A stretch of 64,000 bases of DNA from Candidatus Woesearchaeota archaeon (GCA_018655015.1 JABIKK010000011.1:1323-65322), one strand, 5' to 3'. Shown: positions 36,649 through 46,374, numbered from the stretch's first letter. The notes: generated from the sequence alone by a model not told the origin. Numbers and translations are program-made.

Positions 36649-36658
36649 GTTTAAATAA
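36649..36658 (+). promoter_or_regulatory. TATA-like element (GTTTAAATAA) upstream of alaS
   Basis: 22-31 nt upstream of ATG 36680. Confidence 0.45.
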
Positions 36659-36679
36659 TTCTAAAGAGGGATTTTATAC

Positions 36680-39196
36680 ATGCTCTCAGATAAGGAGATA
36701 AAGAAGAGGTATTTACCAATATTCTCTAAAAGCCCTGAAAAATACTACCCTGTTAATGTTTTGAAGGCAGAAGGATTTTCTAGAAAGAAGTGTAATGCTT
36801 GTAATAAGATGTTCTGGAGCACGGGTCCGAGGGATGTTTGTGGAGATCCTGCTTGTAGTAAGGATGAGTCATTTGGATTTATTGGAAAGAGTCCTGCTAA
36901 ACATTCTTTAGAATATCAAGAAGTTTGGCATAAATTTTCAAAAATGTTTAAGGGCCTTGGTTATAACCCAATTAAAAGATATCCTACTGTTGCCAGATGG
37001 AATCCGACAATGGAGTTTACTAATGCCTCGATTGCTGCATTTCAACCTTATGTAATAAGTGGTGAGGCAACACCCCCTGCAAATCCATTAGTTATTCCTC
37101 AGTTTTGTTTTAGGACTGTTGATATTGATAACGTTGGAATAAGTGGCGCACATAATACTGTGTTCAACATGATTGGACAACATCAATTTGTTGAGAAAAA
37201 AGATTGGGATCAAGAGAAAGTTTTTAGAGATATTCATAAATGGTTAAATGTTGGGCTGGGTTTGAAGAATGAAGACCTAACATTCCATGAAGATTCTTGG
37301 GCAGGTGGAGGAAACTTAGGTTGTTGTATGGAATTCTTTTCTAGGGGATGTGAATTAGGTAATCAGGTTTATATGTTGTATGAACAAACTAATACAGGTG
37401 TTAAGGATCTTAAATTAAAAGTTTTAGATATGGGTATGGGTATGGAAAGAAATGCTTGGTTTTCCCAAGGAACTAATACCATCTATGATGCAACATTCCC
37501 ACATGTGTTGAAGAAAATATTTGCTAAAACTGGATTAAAATATGATAAAGATTTGATTAAGAAGTATGTTCCTTATGCTGGAATGCTAAATATTGATGAA
37601 GTTGATGATATTGGTGAGGCTTGGAAAGAGGTTGCGAGTAAGGTTGGTGTTGATGTAAAGACTCTAAGGGATGGAGTTTTACCTCTTGCAGGGGCTTATT
37701 CTGTAGCTGAACATGCTAGGGCATTATTGATTTTATTGGGGGATGGGGCACTTCCAAGCAATTCAGGACAAGCGTATAACATTAGAGTGATGTTACGTAG
37801 AGCGCTAGGATTTATTGATAAACATAATTGGGATTTGGATCTAAATGAAGTGTGTGAATGGCATGCAAAAGATTTGAGAGTTATTTTTCCAGAACTAAAT
37901 AAGAATTTAGGTGATGTTAGAAAGATTTTAGATGTTGAAGTTAATAAGTATAAGTCAACTAGACAAAAATCAAAACAAATTGTTGCAGAGATTGTTTCGA
38001 AGGGAAAAACTGGAACTAAAGACCTTCTTAGAATGTATAATGAAAATGGAATTAATCCGGAGATGATTAGGGAAGAAGCAGAAAAGATGGGTAAAACTAT
38101 AGAGGTACCAGATAATTTTTATACATTACTTGCTGAGATGAATGTTGAGGAAAAGAAAAAACAAATTGAGAAGAAAGATTTGGGAATTGATTTAAGCGGT
38201 TTGAAACCTACAGAGGTTAAGTATTACTTTGACTATTCATTGAATGAGTTTGAAGCTAAGATTATTAAAGTTGATAAGAATTTTGTTGTTTTAGATGAAA
38301 CTTATTTCTATCCAACTAGCGGAGGACAATTGCATGATGTTGGAAGTATGGGTAATGAAGAAGTTGTGGACGTTGTTAAAGAAGGATCATTTGTTGTGCA
38401 TGTTGTTAAAGGGGATTCAAAATTAAAAGTTGGAGATAAAGTTAATTGTATCATTGATAAAAAAAGAAGGATGCAATTGGCACAACATCATACTGGGGCC
38501 CATATATTAAATGCTGCGGCTAGAAGAGTTCTTGGAAATCATATAAACCAGGCTGGAGCCCATAAGCAATTGGATAGGGCTAGATTGGACATTACACACT
38601 ATTCTGCATTAAGTGAGACCGAAACTGCAAAAATTGAGGAAGAAGCTAACAAAATTATATCTGATAAAATCATTGTTAACAAAAGTTTTATTGAAAGAGG
38701 GGAAGCTGAAAACAAATTTGGAGTTGGCATTTATCAAGGAGGAGTTGTTCCAGGTAAACTATTAAGAATTGTTGATATTCCTGGTGTTGATGTTGAAGCT
38801 TGTGGTGGGACTCATTTGAACGATACTAGTGAGGTTGGTAAGTTAAAGATTTTAAGAAGCAGTAAAATAAGTGATGGTATTGTGAGACTTGAATATGTTG
38901 CAGGTAATGCTGCAATTATGGAAGAGAGAAAAGAAGACACACTATTACGTGATGCTGCTGAAGTATTGGGTGTAGGTAAGAAAGGTGTTGCGATAAAATC
39001 TTCTGAGGTATTTAAGTTTTGGAAGGATGTTGTTAAAAAGAAAAAGAAAGATGTTATCCCAATTTACTCTGGTAATTTGGAAGAGTTAAGTGATAAGGAA
39101 ATATTGGAAAAAACAGCACATATATTAAAAACACAGATTGAACATGTTCCAAAAACTTTGAAGAGATTCTTAGAGGAGATTGATCATTCTAGATAA
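36680..39196 (+). CDS. alaS: alanyl-tRNA synthetase, archaeal type
   Basis: Archaeal AlaRS N-terminus (FSRKKCNACNKMFWS), the editing-domain HxxxH motif (QHHTGAHILN) and CGGTH. 838 aa. Confidence 0.92.
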   Translation: MLSDKEIKKRYLPIFSKSPEKYYPVNVLKAEGFSRKKCNACNKMFWSTGPRDVCGDPACSKDESFGFIGKSPAKHSLEYQEVWHKFSKMFKGLGYNPIKRYPTVARWNPTMEFTNASIAAFQPYVISGEATPPANPLVIPQFCFRTVDIDNVGISGAHNTVFNMIGQHQFVEKKDWDQEKVFRDIHKWLNVGLGLKNEDLTFHEDSWAGGGNLGCCMEFFSRGCELGNQVYMLYEQTNTGVKDLKLKVLDMGMGMERNAWFSQGTNTIYDATFPHVLKKIFAKTGLKYDKDLIKKYVPYAGMLNIDEVDDIGEAWKEVASKVGVDVKTLRDGVLPLAGAYSVAEHARALLILLGDGALPSNSGQAYNIRVMLRRALGFIDKHNWDLDLNEVCEWHAKDLRVIFPELNKNLGDVRKILDVEVNKYKSTRQKSKQIVAEIVSKGKTGTKDLLRMYNENGINPEMIREEAEKMGKTIEVPDNFYTLLAEMNVEEKKKQIEKKDLGIDLSGLKPTEVKYYFDYSLNEFEAKIIKVDKNFVVLDETYFYPTSGGQLHDVGSMGNEEVVDVVKEGSFVVHVVKGDSKLKVGDKVNCIIDKKRRMQLAQHHTGAHILNAAARRVLGNHINQAGAHKQLDRARLDITHYSALSETETAKIEEEANKIISDKIIVNKSFIERGEAENKFGVGIYQGGVVPGKLLRIVDIPGVDVEACGGTHLNDTSEVGKLKILRSSKISDGIVRLEYVAGNAAIMEERKEDTLLRDAAEVLGVGKKGVAIKSSEVFKFWKDVVKKKKKDVIPIYSGNLEELSDKEILEKTAHILKTQIEHVPKTLKRFLEEIDHSR

Positions 39197-41622
39197 ATTG
39201 CAGGCTTTCCAGGTTTTGCTTTTTTAGACTTATTATCTGGATCATATTTCTCTTTGTCATTTACTTTGTAAAGAATTACTTCTTTTTCTACACGTTTCTT
39301 GATATCCTCTAAGTTGTAGGAATCTGCATCGTTTGGAAGTACGTAAAGATATACTTTCTTTATTTGTTTATCAATTAAGTTCAATATGTTTAGGATATCG
39401 GAGACTGTTTTATCTGTGAACTCTTCTTCCTTGTCAAACTGTTCATTGATCTTCTTTTTATCACAATTTGGCCATGATTCCACTGAAACAAAACTCTTAT
39501 TCTTTAGGTTACTCCATAGTTCTTCTGCTAGATGCGGTACTATCGGTGCAATTATTTTAATGAAGCTCTCAAGATCTTCTTTTGAAATATCTGGTTCTAA
39601 GCCATCTAAAAGCCCCCTTATCTTCATTGTTGCAGTGTGATACTTGAAGTTCCCATAGTCCTCTGCAACTTGTTGGATTGCTTTGTTAATTTTGTGTTGA
39701 TTTCTTTCACTTGATTTTCCTATCTTTGCTGTTTCCACATATTCTATAATCTTGTTTATGAATCTATGACTTCCTTCGATACCTTTTTCACTCCAATTTC
39801 TATCTTTGTCTGGCGATGCTAATGAAACTAAGAAAAATCTTAATGCGTCTGCGCTATATTTTTTACAAATGTCTCTTGGATCTACAACATTACCTTTGGA
39901 CTTAGACATCTTTTCCCCATCTTCACCTAAAACCATTCCTTGATTGAATAGTTTTGGGAAAGGCTCATCAATCTTTACATATCCTAAATCTCTTAGTGCT
40001 TTTGTGAAAAATCTAGCATAAATTAAATGCATGCAGGCATGTTCTGCCCCGCCAATGTATTGGTCTACTGGCATCCAGTAATCTGCTTTTTTAGGATTAA
40101 ACATTTCTTTTGAATTATTTGGATCACAGAATCTTAAGAAATACCAAGAAGAATCAAAGAAGGTATCCATTGTATCTGTTTCTCTCTTTGCATCTTTCTT
40201 ACATTTTGGGCATTTTACATTTACAAACTTTTCATTTGTAAGCAAAGGATTTCCTTCACCAAATACTACATCTTGAGGAAGCTCTATAGGTAAATCTTTT
40301 TCCAGAACTGGAACTTCACCACAAGAATCACAGTGTATGATTGGTATTGGCGTTCCCCAGTATCTTTGTCTTGAAACCAACCAATCTCTGAACTTGTATT
40401 GTGTTGTTTTCTTTCCTAATTTTATTTTTTCTAATTGTTTTGCAACTGCATCAACTGCATCTTGATTGTCCATGCCTGTAAAATCTCCAGAATCAACTAA
40501 CTTACCATGGCCCCTATATGCTTCTTTTAGATTAGAACTCTCTTTAGAATTATTTGGAGAAACAACTATTTTTATTGGAATTTTATATTTTTTAGCAAAT
40601 TCAAAATCTCTTGGATCGTGTGCAGGCACGGCCATAACCATTCCAGACCCATATTCGGCTAGAACAAAGTTACCTGCATAAACAGGGATTTTTTCATTAC
40701 TTAAGGGATTGATTGCATAGGATCCAGTGAAAACTCCCTCTTTTTCTAAGCTCTCTAATTCTTTTTCAGAAACAGACTTCACTTTTTTTAGAAATTTATC
40801 TACTTCTAACTTTTGTTCTGGTGTTACTAACGAATCTAATTTTGAATGTTGTGCAGAAACAACCATGAATGTAACGCCAAAAATTGTGTCAGGTCTTGTT
40901 GTAAATATTGGCCATTTTTCACCATTAATATCAAAAATTATTTCAGTCCCGTAACTCTTTCCGATCCAATGCTTTTGCATACTCTTTATTCTGTGTGGCC
41001 AATCTAAATCATCAGTCATATCTAGTAGTTCGTCTGAATACTCTGTTGTTTTGATAAACCATTGTTCTAATTGTTTTATCTCTACATCTACTTTTTCATG
41101 TCTCCAACATTTACCGCTGTGAACTTGTTCATTTGCTAACACAGTTTTACATTCAGAACACCAATTAACAGGGGCTTTCTTTCTGTAAACTAAACCTTTT
41201 TCAAAGAATTTTAAGAAAATAAATTGATTCCACCTATAGTACGTGGGGTCGCATGTCTTTAGCATCCTACTCCAATCATAACTTAGGCCTAATTCTTTTT
41301 GTTGTTTGATGAAGTTTTTTGTAGATTTTTCAGTGTAGTCTTTTGGATGTTCATTAACTTGAATTGCTGCGTTTTCTGCTGGTAAACCTAGGGAATCATA
41401 ACCCATTGGGTGAAGAACATTAAGGCCTTGCATTCTTTTGAACCTTGCAAAGATATCTCCCACAGTGTAAACAAATGTGTGTCCTATGTGTAGTCCTGAT
41501 CCTGAGGGATATGGGAACATCTCTAGAACATAATATTTATTTTTTGAATCCTCTTTTACTTCAAAGATTTTGGCTTTTTCCCATTTCTCTTGCCATTTCT
41601 TTGAAATTTTATTCATGTCCAT
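39184..41622 (-). CDS. leuS: leucyl-tRNA synthetase (bacterial-type core)
   Basis: MFPYPSGSGLHIGH, PMGYDSLGLPAENAAI, TRPDTIFGVTFMV (CP1 editing), SRQRYWGTPIPIIHC, KMSKSKGN. 812 aa. 13-nt convergent overlap with alaS. Confidence 0.92.
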   Translation of the reverse strand: MDMNKISKKWQEKWEKAKIFEVKEDSKNKYYVLEMFPYPSGSGLHIGHTFVYTVGDIFARFKRMQGLNVLHPMGYDSLGLPAENAAIQVNEHPKDYTEKSTKNFIKQQKELGLSYDWSRMLKTCDPTYYRWNQFIFLKFFEKGLVYRKKAPVNWCSECKTVLANEQVHSGKCWRHEKVDVEIKQLEQWFIKTTEYSDELLDMTDDLDWPHRIKSMQKHWIGKSYGTEIIFDINGEKWPIFTTRPDTIFGVTFMVVSAQHSKLDSLVTPEQKLEVDKFLKKVKSVSEKELESLEKEGVFTGSYAINPLSNEKIPVYAGNFVLAEYGSGMVMAVPAHDPRDFEFAKKYKIPIKIVVSPNNSKESSNLKEAYRGHGKLVDSGDFTGMDNQDAVDAVAKQLEKIKLGKKTTQYKFRDWLVSRQRYWGTPIPIIHCDSCGEVPVLEKDLPIELPQDVVFGEGNPLLTNEKFVNVKCPKCKKDAKRETDTMDTFFDSSWYFLRFCDPNNSKEMFNPKKADYWMPVDQYIGGAEHACMHLIYARFFTKALRDLGYVKIDEPFPKLFNQGMVLGEDGEKMSKSKGNVVDPRDICKKYSADALRFFLVSLASPDKDRNWSEKGIEGSHRFINKIIEYVETAKIGKSSERNQHKINKAIQQVAEDYGNFKYHTATMKIRGLLDGLEPDISKEDLESFIKIIAPIVPHLAEELWSNLKNKSFVSVESWPNCDKKKINEQFDKEEEFTDKTVSDILNILNLIDKQIKKVYLYVLPNDADSYNLEDIKKRVEKEVILYKVNDKEKYDPDNKSKKAKPGKPAIYLE

Positions 41623-41671
41623 GGTTGGCTAAGAAGATTAGTGGTTTAAAATATTTGTGGATTGTAGATAA

Positions 41672-41680
41672 TTTTATAAA
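41672..41680 (+). promoter_or_regulatory. TATA-like element (TTTTATAAA) upstream of the tRNA pair
   Basis: 26-34 nt upstream of the tRNA-Arg 5' end at 41706. Confidence 0.5.
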
Positions 41681-41705
41681 GAAAATTAATGGGTTTAATG
41701 TGTAC

Positions 41706-41780
41706 GGGCCCGTAGCTCAGTTTGGATAGAGCGTCTGCCTTCTAAGCAGAAGGTCCAAGGTTCAAATCCTTGCGGGTCCG
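41706..41780 (+). tRNA. tRNA-Arg (anticodon UCU)
   Basis: Acceptor GGGCCCG/CGGGTCC, D arm GCTC-AGTTTGGATA-GAGC, anticodon arm TCTGC-CTTCTAA-GCAGA, T arm CAAGG-TTCAAAT-CCTTG, discriminator G. Confidence 0.9.
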
Positions 41781-41784
41781 CTTC

Positions 41785-41857
41785 GGCGTCGTGCCCAAGT
41801 GGTTAAGGGGACCGCCTGCAGAGCGGTTATTCGCAGGTTCAAATCCTGCCGACGCCT
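41785..41857 (+). tRNA. tRNA-Cys (anticodon GCA)
   Basis: Acceptor GGCGTCG/CGACGCC, anticodon arm ACCGC-CTGCAGA-GCGGT, T arm GCAGG-TTCAAAT-CCTGC, discriminator U as expected for tRNA-Cys. Lies 4 nt after tRNA-Arg. Confidence 0.85.
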
Positions 41858-41908
41858 TTTAAATATCATTCTAGAAAGCCTTTAATATCCTCTGAACTTT
41901 TTTGGATT

Positions 41909-42370
41909 ATGATTAAAGATAGGGCTAAGTTAATAACAGATCGAAGGGAAGTTCAGGCAGTTTATGATTTTGTTAGACAGTTTCCCCTAGATTACCCTGG
42001 TTATTTTGAATGGTTAAAAAAATGTGAAGGTCAACTTTTATCTGGGGATAAAGAAGCAGTTTACATGGTGGACGGTCAACAGGTTGTAGGAAGTATTATT
42101 TTTCAAAGACATCGTGAAGAATCAAGTGTTTTAGAAATAAAGAATCTTAGAGTGGACCCAAGATATGCTAGAAAAGGAATTGGTAAGGCCTTGGAAAGAA
42201 GAGTTGATTTATTTGCAAGAAGTGGAGAATTCCGAAGAATTCAAGTTGATGCCCATAGAGATAATTTTGAGGTAGTTAACTTCTTTATTGGAAGGGGCTA
42301 TAACATTGATTCTGAAGAAACTTTATATGTTCCAGATAAATTAGAAGTAGTTATGGTTAAGGACCTGTAG
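41909..42370 (+). CDS. GNAT-family N-acetyltransferase
   Basis: Acetyl-CoA-binding motif NLRVDPRYARKGIGKALERRV. 153 aa. Confidence 0.8.
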   Translation: MIKDRAKLITDRREVQAVYDFVRQFPLDYPGYFEWLKKCEGQLLSGDKEAVYMVDGQQVVGSIIFQRHREESSVLEIKNLRVDPRYARKGIGKALERRVDLFARSGEFRRIQVDAHRDNFEVVNFFIGRGYNIDSEETLYVPDKLEVVMVKDL

Positions 42371-42371
42371 T

Positions 42372-42791
42372 ATGGATCATCTTGCAATATTATCTAAAAA
42401 AAGAAAGCTTTTGGCTAAGATTATTTCTGGAGAAAAAACTGTAGAATCTAGATGGTACAAATTTAAAAAAACACCTTACAAAAATATTGAGGCAGGAGAC
42501 ACCGTTTATTTTAAAGAATCGGGAGATCCTGTGACAGTTAGATCTAGAGTTAGAAGCGTCTTGTTCTTTGATTCACTTAGTGAAGAAGGCATAGAAGGAA
42601 TTATAGGCGAGTATGGTGATGCAATTGGAGTTGATAGTTCTTATGGTGCAGAGGTTGTTGGAAAGAAGTACTGCACATTAGTTTTTCTTGAAGATGTTAG
42701 AGAAATAAGTCCTTTTGAAATAGATAAAACTGGATATGGTATAATGTCTGCTTGGATAACAGTACCAAGTATAGATAAAATAAAAAAATAA
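42372..42791 (+). CDS. ASCH-domain (PUA-like) protein
   Basis: N-terminal IISGEKTVESRW is a typical ASCH beta-barrel motif. Starts 1 nt after the GNAT stop. Confidence 0.7.
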   Translation: MDHLAILSKKRKLLAKIISGEKTVESRWYKFKKTPYKNIEAGDTVYFKESGDPVTVRSRVRSVLFFDSLSEEGIEGIIGEYGDAIGVDSSYGAEVVGKKYCTLVFLEDVREISPFEIDKTGYGIMSAWITVPSIDKIKK

Positions 42792-42812
42792 AAAGGGAAA
42801 TAAGCTATTAGC

Positions 42813-44600
42813 TTACTTCTTCTTTTTGATAATAACTGAACCTCTAGGTTCGAAATCAGCTACTTTCTTAGGCTTGGACTTCTTCTTTTTTCCTGAGCCA
42901 AATATTAGCTTAATCAAGAATATTGCAATTACAATTAATACAACATTCAAAACTATTAGGAAAACTTTAGAGTCTTCTCCACCAAAGTTACCGAATGTAA
43001 ATCCAGTTCCTTCAGGTGCGCCTTCTACGTTTACAGTAAATGTTTCAGTCTCAAGAATTGAACCTGTGTTCGCATCTTTAAGTACAACATTTGCTGTGTA
43101 AGCAGCTCCTTCTTCAGCATTCTCAGTTGTCTTCAAGTTTAAGAAGACAGTGGATGTCTGACCAGGGTTTAGGTGTACAGTCTTACTTGATGTAGATGTT
43201 GCAAAGTCTCCTAGATCTTCTAGAGATACTAAGTAATCTACTGGGCTGTTCTCGCTATTTGTTAGCTCAACCTTAACACTAACCAATTGATCCATTGGTG
43301 CTGAAACTTCGGTTTCAGTTAGTCCTAACATGCTTGTGAAAGTTCCTGTGAACTCGTCATCATTTCCATCTTCTACTGGTACAAACTCAGTACATAAGTT
43401 GTCAATTTGTACAACTTGGCTGTCTGTCTGTTTGTTATTGTCATAGAAAGTTGAAACTAAGATTGCATACTTGTCATCAGCTAGGTTTTCATCTATTGAA
43501 ACTATGAAAGTTTCAGTTGAAGCGTCGTCCTCATCAAGAACTAGATTTGAAATCTTGTCGTTGATTCCCAAAGCAATGCTTTGTATTTGAACTCCTACTT
43601 CATCTTCATCTCTCTTACCTAGATTGATCATATCAATTGATACTTGGAGAGAGTCATCGCCACATGATAATGGTGATGGACTTACTCTTACATCCTTGAT
43701 AACAATATCATGACTTTCTCTATTGATTTCAATACCGAAGCCTTCGATTATTCCACCGTGTGTAGCTCCGTTTTCATCAACACCGCTTGTTGTTAGATCA
43801 CAAGTTACTGTGTTCTGTACAGCGTCGTCTTCTACGTCGAAGTTGATGTTCTCTTCAGAACTATCTTTAGTACCAATATCGCCAACATCTACGTTGTCGT
43901 CATCAAAGTTTAGATCTTCGTCATCATCACATGTTACGTCAATTTCTACATCTTCAATGTCAATGTTTGCTTTGTTAGCGTAATTGCTTTCTACAATAAT
44001 GGATAATTCTACCAAGTCTCCTGGTTTAAGATCTTTGATGTCGTCTCCATCGTCGATGTTGCTTTCAGTATCTTTGTTATTGATTAATGCATCGAAATCA
44101 TCAATTACTAATTTGTTTTCTCTTTGCATGTAAACATCAAATATAGCATCTACACTTGAATTGTCAGTATGAACTGTAAGTTGACCAACATAAAGCGCCA
44201 CTTCTTGGAAGTCGGAATCAATACCATCAAGACTTTCAGGGATATTAGCTAGAATGTCTATGTTTGCTGAACTTGCATTTGGAATTATTGTTCCAATGCT
44301 TAAAAGTTCAAAATCATTGATATTCAAACCAAACTTACCATCCGTGAAAGATAAATGAGTAATTGTAACAGTGGAACCTACTTCATTGGTAATAGGAATT
44401 GCACTAGTAACATTAATTACCTCATCCTCTTCATCGTCGTGCTCAGGATTTGACGCCTCCTGATTTGAGTCACCAAATGTTGGAACAGTTGCTGAGTAAG
44501 CAGTGTTTACTTCCAAATCAGCAGCAGAAACAACGAAAGGTGTCAAGCTTATTGCCATTAGCATAAATAGTGCCATTGCAATAAATTTGTTTGTTTTCAT
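42813..44600 (-). CDS. large acidic surface protein with CARDB/Ig-like repeats, signal peptide and C-terminal TM anchor
   Basis: Signal peptide MKTNKFIAMALFMLMAISLTPFVVSA. A CARDB-like segment (VSPSPLSCGDDSLQVSIDMINLGKRDEDEVGVQIQS). C-terminal TM plus a KKKKSKPKK tail. A GGGGGT SD lies 9 nt upstream. Confidence 0.7.
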   Translation of the reverse strand: MKTNKFIAMALFMLMAISLTPFVVSAADLEVNTAYSATVPTFGDSNQEASNPEHDDEEDEVINVTSAIPITNEVGSTVTITHLSFTDGKFGLNINDFELLSIGTIIPNASSANIDILANIPESLDGIDSDFQEVALYVGQLTVHTDNSSVDAIFDVYMQRENKLVIDDFDALINNKDTESNIDDGDDIKDLKPGDLVELSIIVESNYANKANIDIEDVEIDVTCDDDEDLNFDDDNVDVGDIGTKDSSEENINFDVEDDAVQNTVTCDLTTSGVDENGATHGGIIEGFGIEINRESHDIVIKDVRVSPSPLSCGDDSLQVSIDMINLGKRDEDEVGVQIQSIALGINDKISNLVLDEDDASTETFIVSIDENLADDKYAILVSTFYDNNKQTDSQVVQIDNLCTEFVPVEDGNDDEFTGTFTSMLGLTETEVSAPMDQLVSVKVELTNSENSPVDYLVSLEDLGDFATSTSSKTVHLNPGQTSTVFLNLKTTENAEEGAAYTANVVLKDANTGSILETETFTVNVEGAPEGTGFTFGNFGGEDSKVFLIVLNVVLIVIAIFLIKLIFGSGKKKKSKPKKVADFEPRGSVIIKKKK

Positions 44601-44633
44601 TTGTTTAAACCCCCGTCGAACCTTTTGAGCTCG

Positions 44634-44670
44634 TACGATCTTATGTTTATTACGATATATATGTTACGAT
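44634..44670. repeat. three TACGAT motifs in the leader/promoter of the surface-protein gene
   Basis: TACGAT at 44634-44639, 44651-44656 and 44665-44670. These are CpG-containing hexamers in otherwise A/T-rich DNA. A TATA-like TTTATAAAA sits at 44688-44696 (minus-strand direction). Confidence 0.4.
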
Positions 44671-44704
44671 TGTCGAGTTGTAACGCTTTATAAAATTTAT
44701 GGTC

Positions 44705-46285
44705 TCATATCTGTTTTATAAGCAAAATTACCCCTATAATTAACAATAGTAAAATTAGTATAGCCATCATTAAACTGGCGTTAGATGCACCAGAGAATGG
44801 TGATCCCGAAGTTTCTTCTACTTGGTTTGAAGCTCCAATTTGGACTGTTAGAGTCTCTGAAGTCAATGTGTTTAGACCATCTGAAAGCTCAACTGTAGCT
44901 GAATAAGTCCCTTCTTCTGCGTCAGGGAATATTGTCAATGGAAGGAATACATTTGTAGATGTGAACGCTTCCAATGTTGCTGTTGAGGATATTGTTTCAG
45001 CAAATCCTACTGCATCTATGTTAATGAAGAAAACTCTTCTTTCAGGTGCATTATTTTCTATTAGTAGGTGTATTGTTGAGGTTTCACTTGGATTTAGATC
45101 CAGTGATTGTTCGCTCTTGAAAAATAGGTTTGAAGTTGCGAAGTCAAATCTTCCTGCAGGAGCTATTGCTAATTCGCATGAAGCAACTGTTAATGGTAAT
45201 GTGGTTGAAGAGTAATCTCCTGAAAAAGAAGCCTTTACCTTAAAATCATAAGTCCCTTCACTTGCATCTTCTGGAACATCAAATCTAAATGTTCTTGACC
45301 CTTCATTGTCATTATCTGAGTCGAAGTTTTCTACTTCAAAACTATCTGAAGTTTCGAAAATATTTAATGCACTATTTTCAATTGAGATTATAACATCTTC
45401 ATCTTTTTCTCCGATGTTAGTCACGTCAACCATTAATGAAACAGATTCACCACAGAATGCAGTTGAGGGAAGTAATCTTGTTGATTCTTCTATGATTATG
45501 TCGTGCTTGTCTAATTTAATATCAACAGATAGACTCTCTTGAATACACTCCTCTTCTTCATGATCATCATCAAAAGCCTTTACGTATAGAGTGTAGTCTT
45601 CATCTTCATTGATGTTTCTACTGTCTGTAGGGATCTTAATTGATAGGTAGAAAGTTTCATCTTCTCCTTCTTCTATGTTTTCTGTACTTGAGGAAGTACT
45701 TTCAATCACTTCGTCTTCATCATATAAGTATGCTTCAACTTGGGTTCTGATTGTTTCAGTTCCAATATTGTCTACATCGACTTCAATATCAATTATTTCT
45801 CCTGGCTTGTAGTCATCTCCACTGTCAGGTTCTTTAATTTTTACTTGTAATGAAGTTCCAGAAGGTCCAAAGTCACAGATTCCGATTGTAACTTGTGCTG
45901 AAAAGTCTAGTGTCTTGGTTTCGCTTGTATTTGTGTCTGTGAATGTGATTGTGCTGGTGTATGTGTCTTTGTCTAATCTATGGTCTACATCAGCATTAAC
46001 TGTTAGAGTTGTGTTGCTGTTTGCAGGAATTGTTATTTCACTTGGGAAGTTAAGAAGTAATTCGTCTCCATCATTATCTTCCATTGAGTCGTATGTGAAA
46101 CTAAGAGTAATATTGTCTGTTAAGTGAGAGTTTGTGATTGTGATATCAAAATCTCTAGAATCTCCTTGAAGTAAATCAAGTGATACTGGGTCTGGGTCAA
46201 ATGAAATGTCAGCTACACTTGCATTAATTGCTGGAACTAACATTAGCATAAATAACGCCAAAGTAAAAATTATTTTTTTGAACAT
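44705..46285 (-). CDS. large acidic surface protein with CARDB/Ig-like repeats, signal peptide and C-terminal TM anchor (paralog of 42813-44600)
   Basis: Signal peptide MFKKIIFTLALFMLMLVPAINASVA. CARDB-like segments (YKPGEIIDIEVDVDNIGTETIRTQVEAYLYDED; LLPSTAFCGESVSLMVDVTNIGEKDEDVIISIENS). C-terminal ...GSPFSGASNASLMMAILILLLLIIGVILLIKQI. Confidence 0.7.
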   Translation of the reverse strand: MFKKIIFTLALFMLMLVPAINASVADISFDPDPVSLDLLQGDSRDFDITITNSHLTDNITLSFTYDSMEDNDGDELLLNFPSEITIPANSNTTLTVNADVDHRLDKDTYTSTITFTDTNTSETKTLDFSAQVTIGICDFGPSGTSLQVKIKEPDSGDDYKPGEIIDIEVDVDNIGTETIRTQVEAYLYDEDEVIESTSSSTENIEEGEDETFYLSIKIPTDSRNINEDEDYTLYVKAFDDDHEEEECIQESLSVDIKLDKHDIIIEESTRLLPSTAFCGESVSLMVDVTNIGEKDEDVIISIENSALNIFETSDSFEVENFDSDNDNEGSRTFRFDVPEDASEGTYDFKVKASFSGDYSSTTLPLTVASCELAIAPAGRFDFATSNLFFKSEQSLDLNPSETSTIHLLIENNAPERRVFFINIDAVGFAETISSTATLEAFTSTNVFLPLTIFPDAEEGTYSATVELSDGLNTLTSETLTVQIGASNQVEETSGSPFSGASNASLMMAILILLLLIIGVILLIKQI

Positions 46286-46374
46286 TTTAGGGTATTTCCT
46301 ATCTTTCCACTACCCCTTTTTGTCATCACTAAGTCATAATAAAAGTATTTAAAGGTTTTGGTGTGGTTTTTTGT

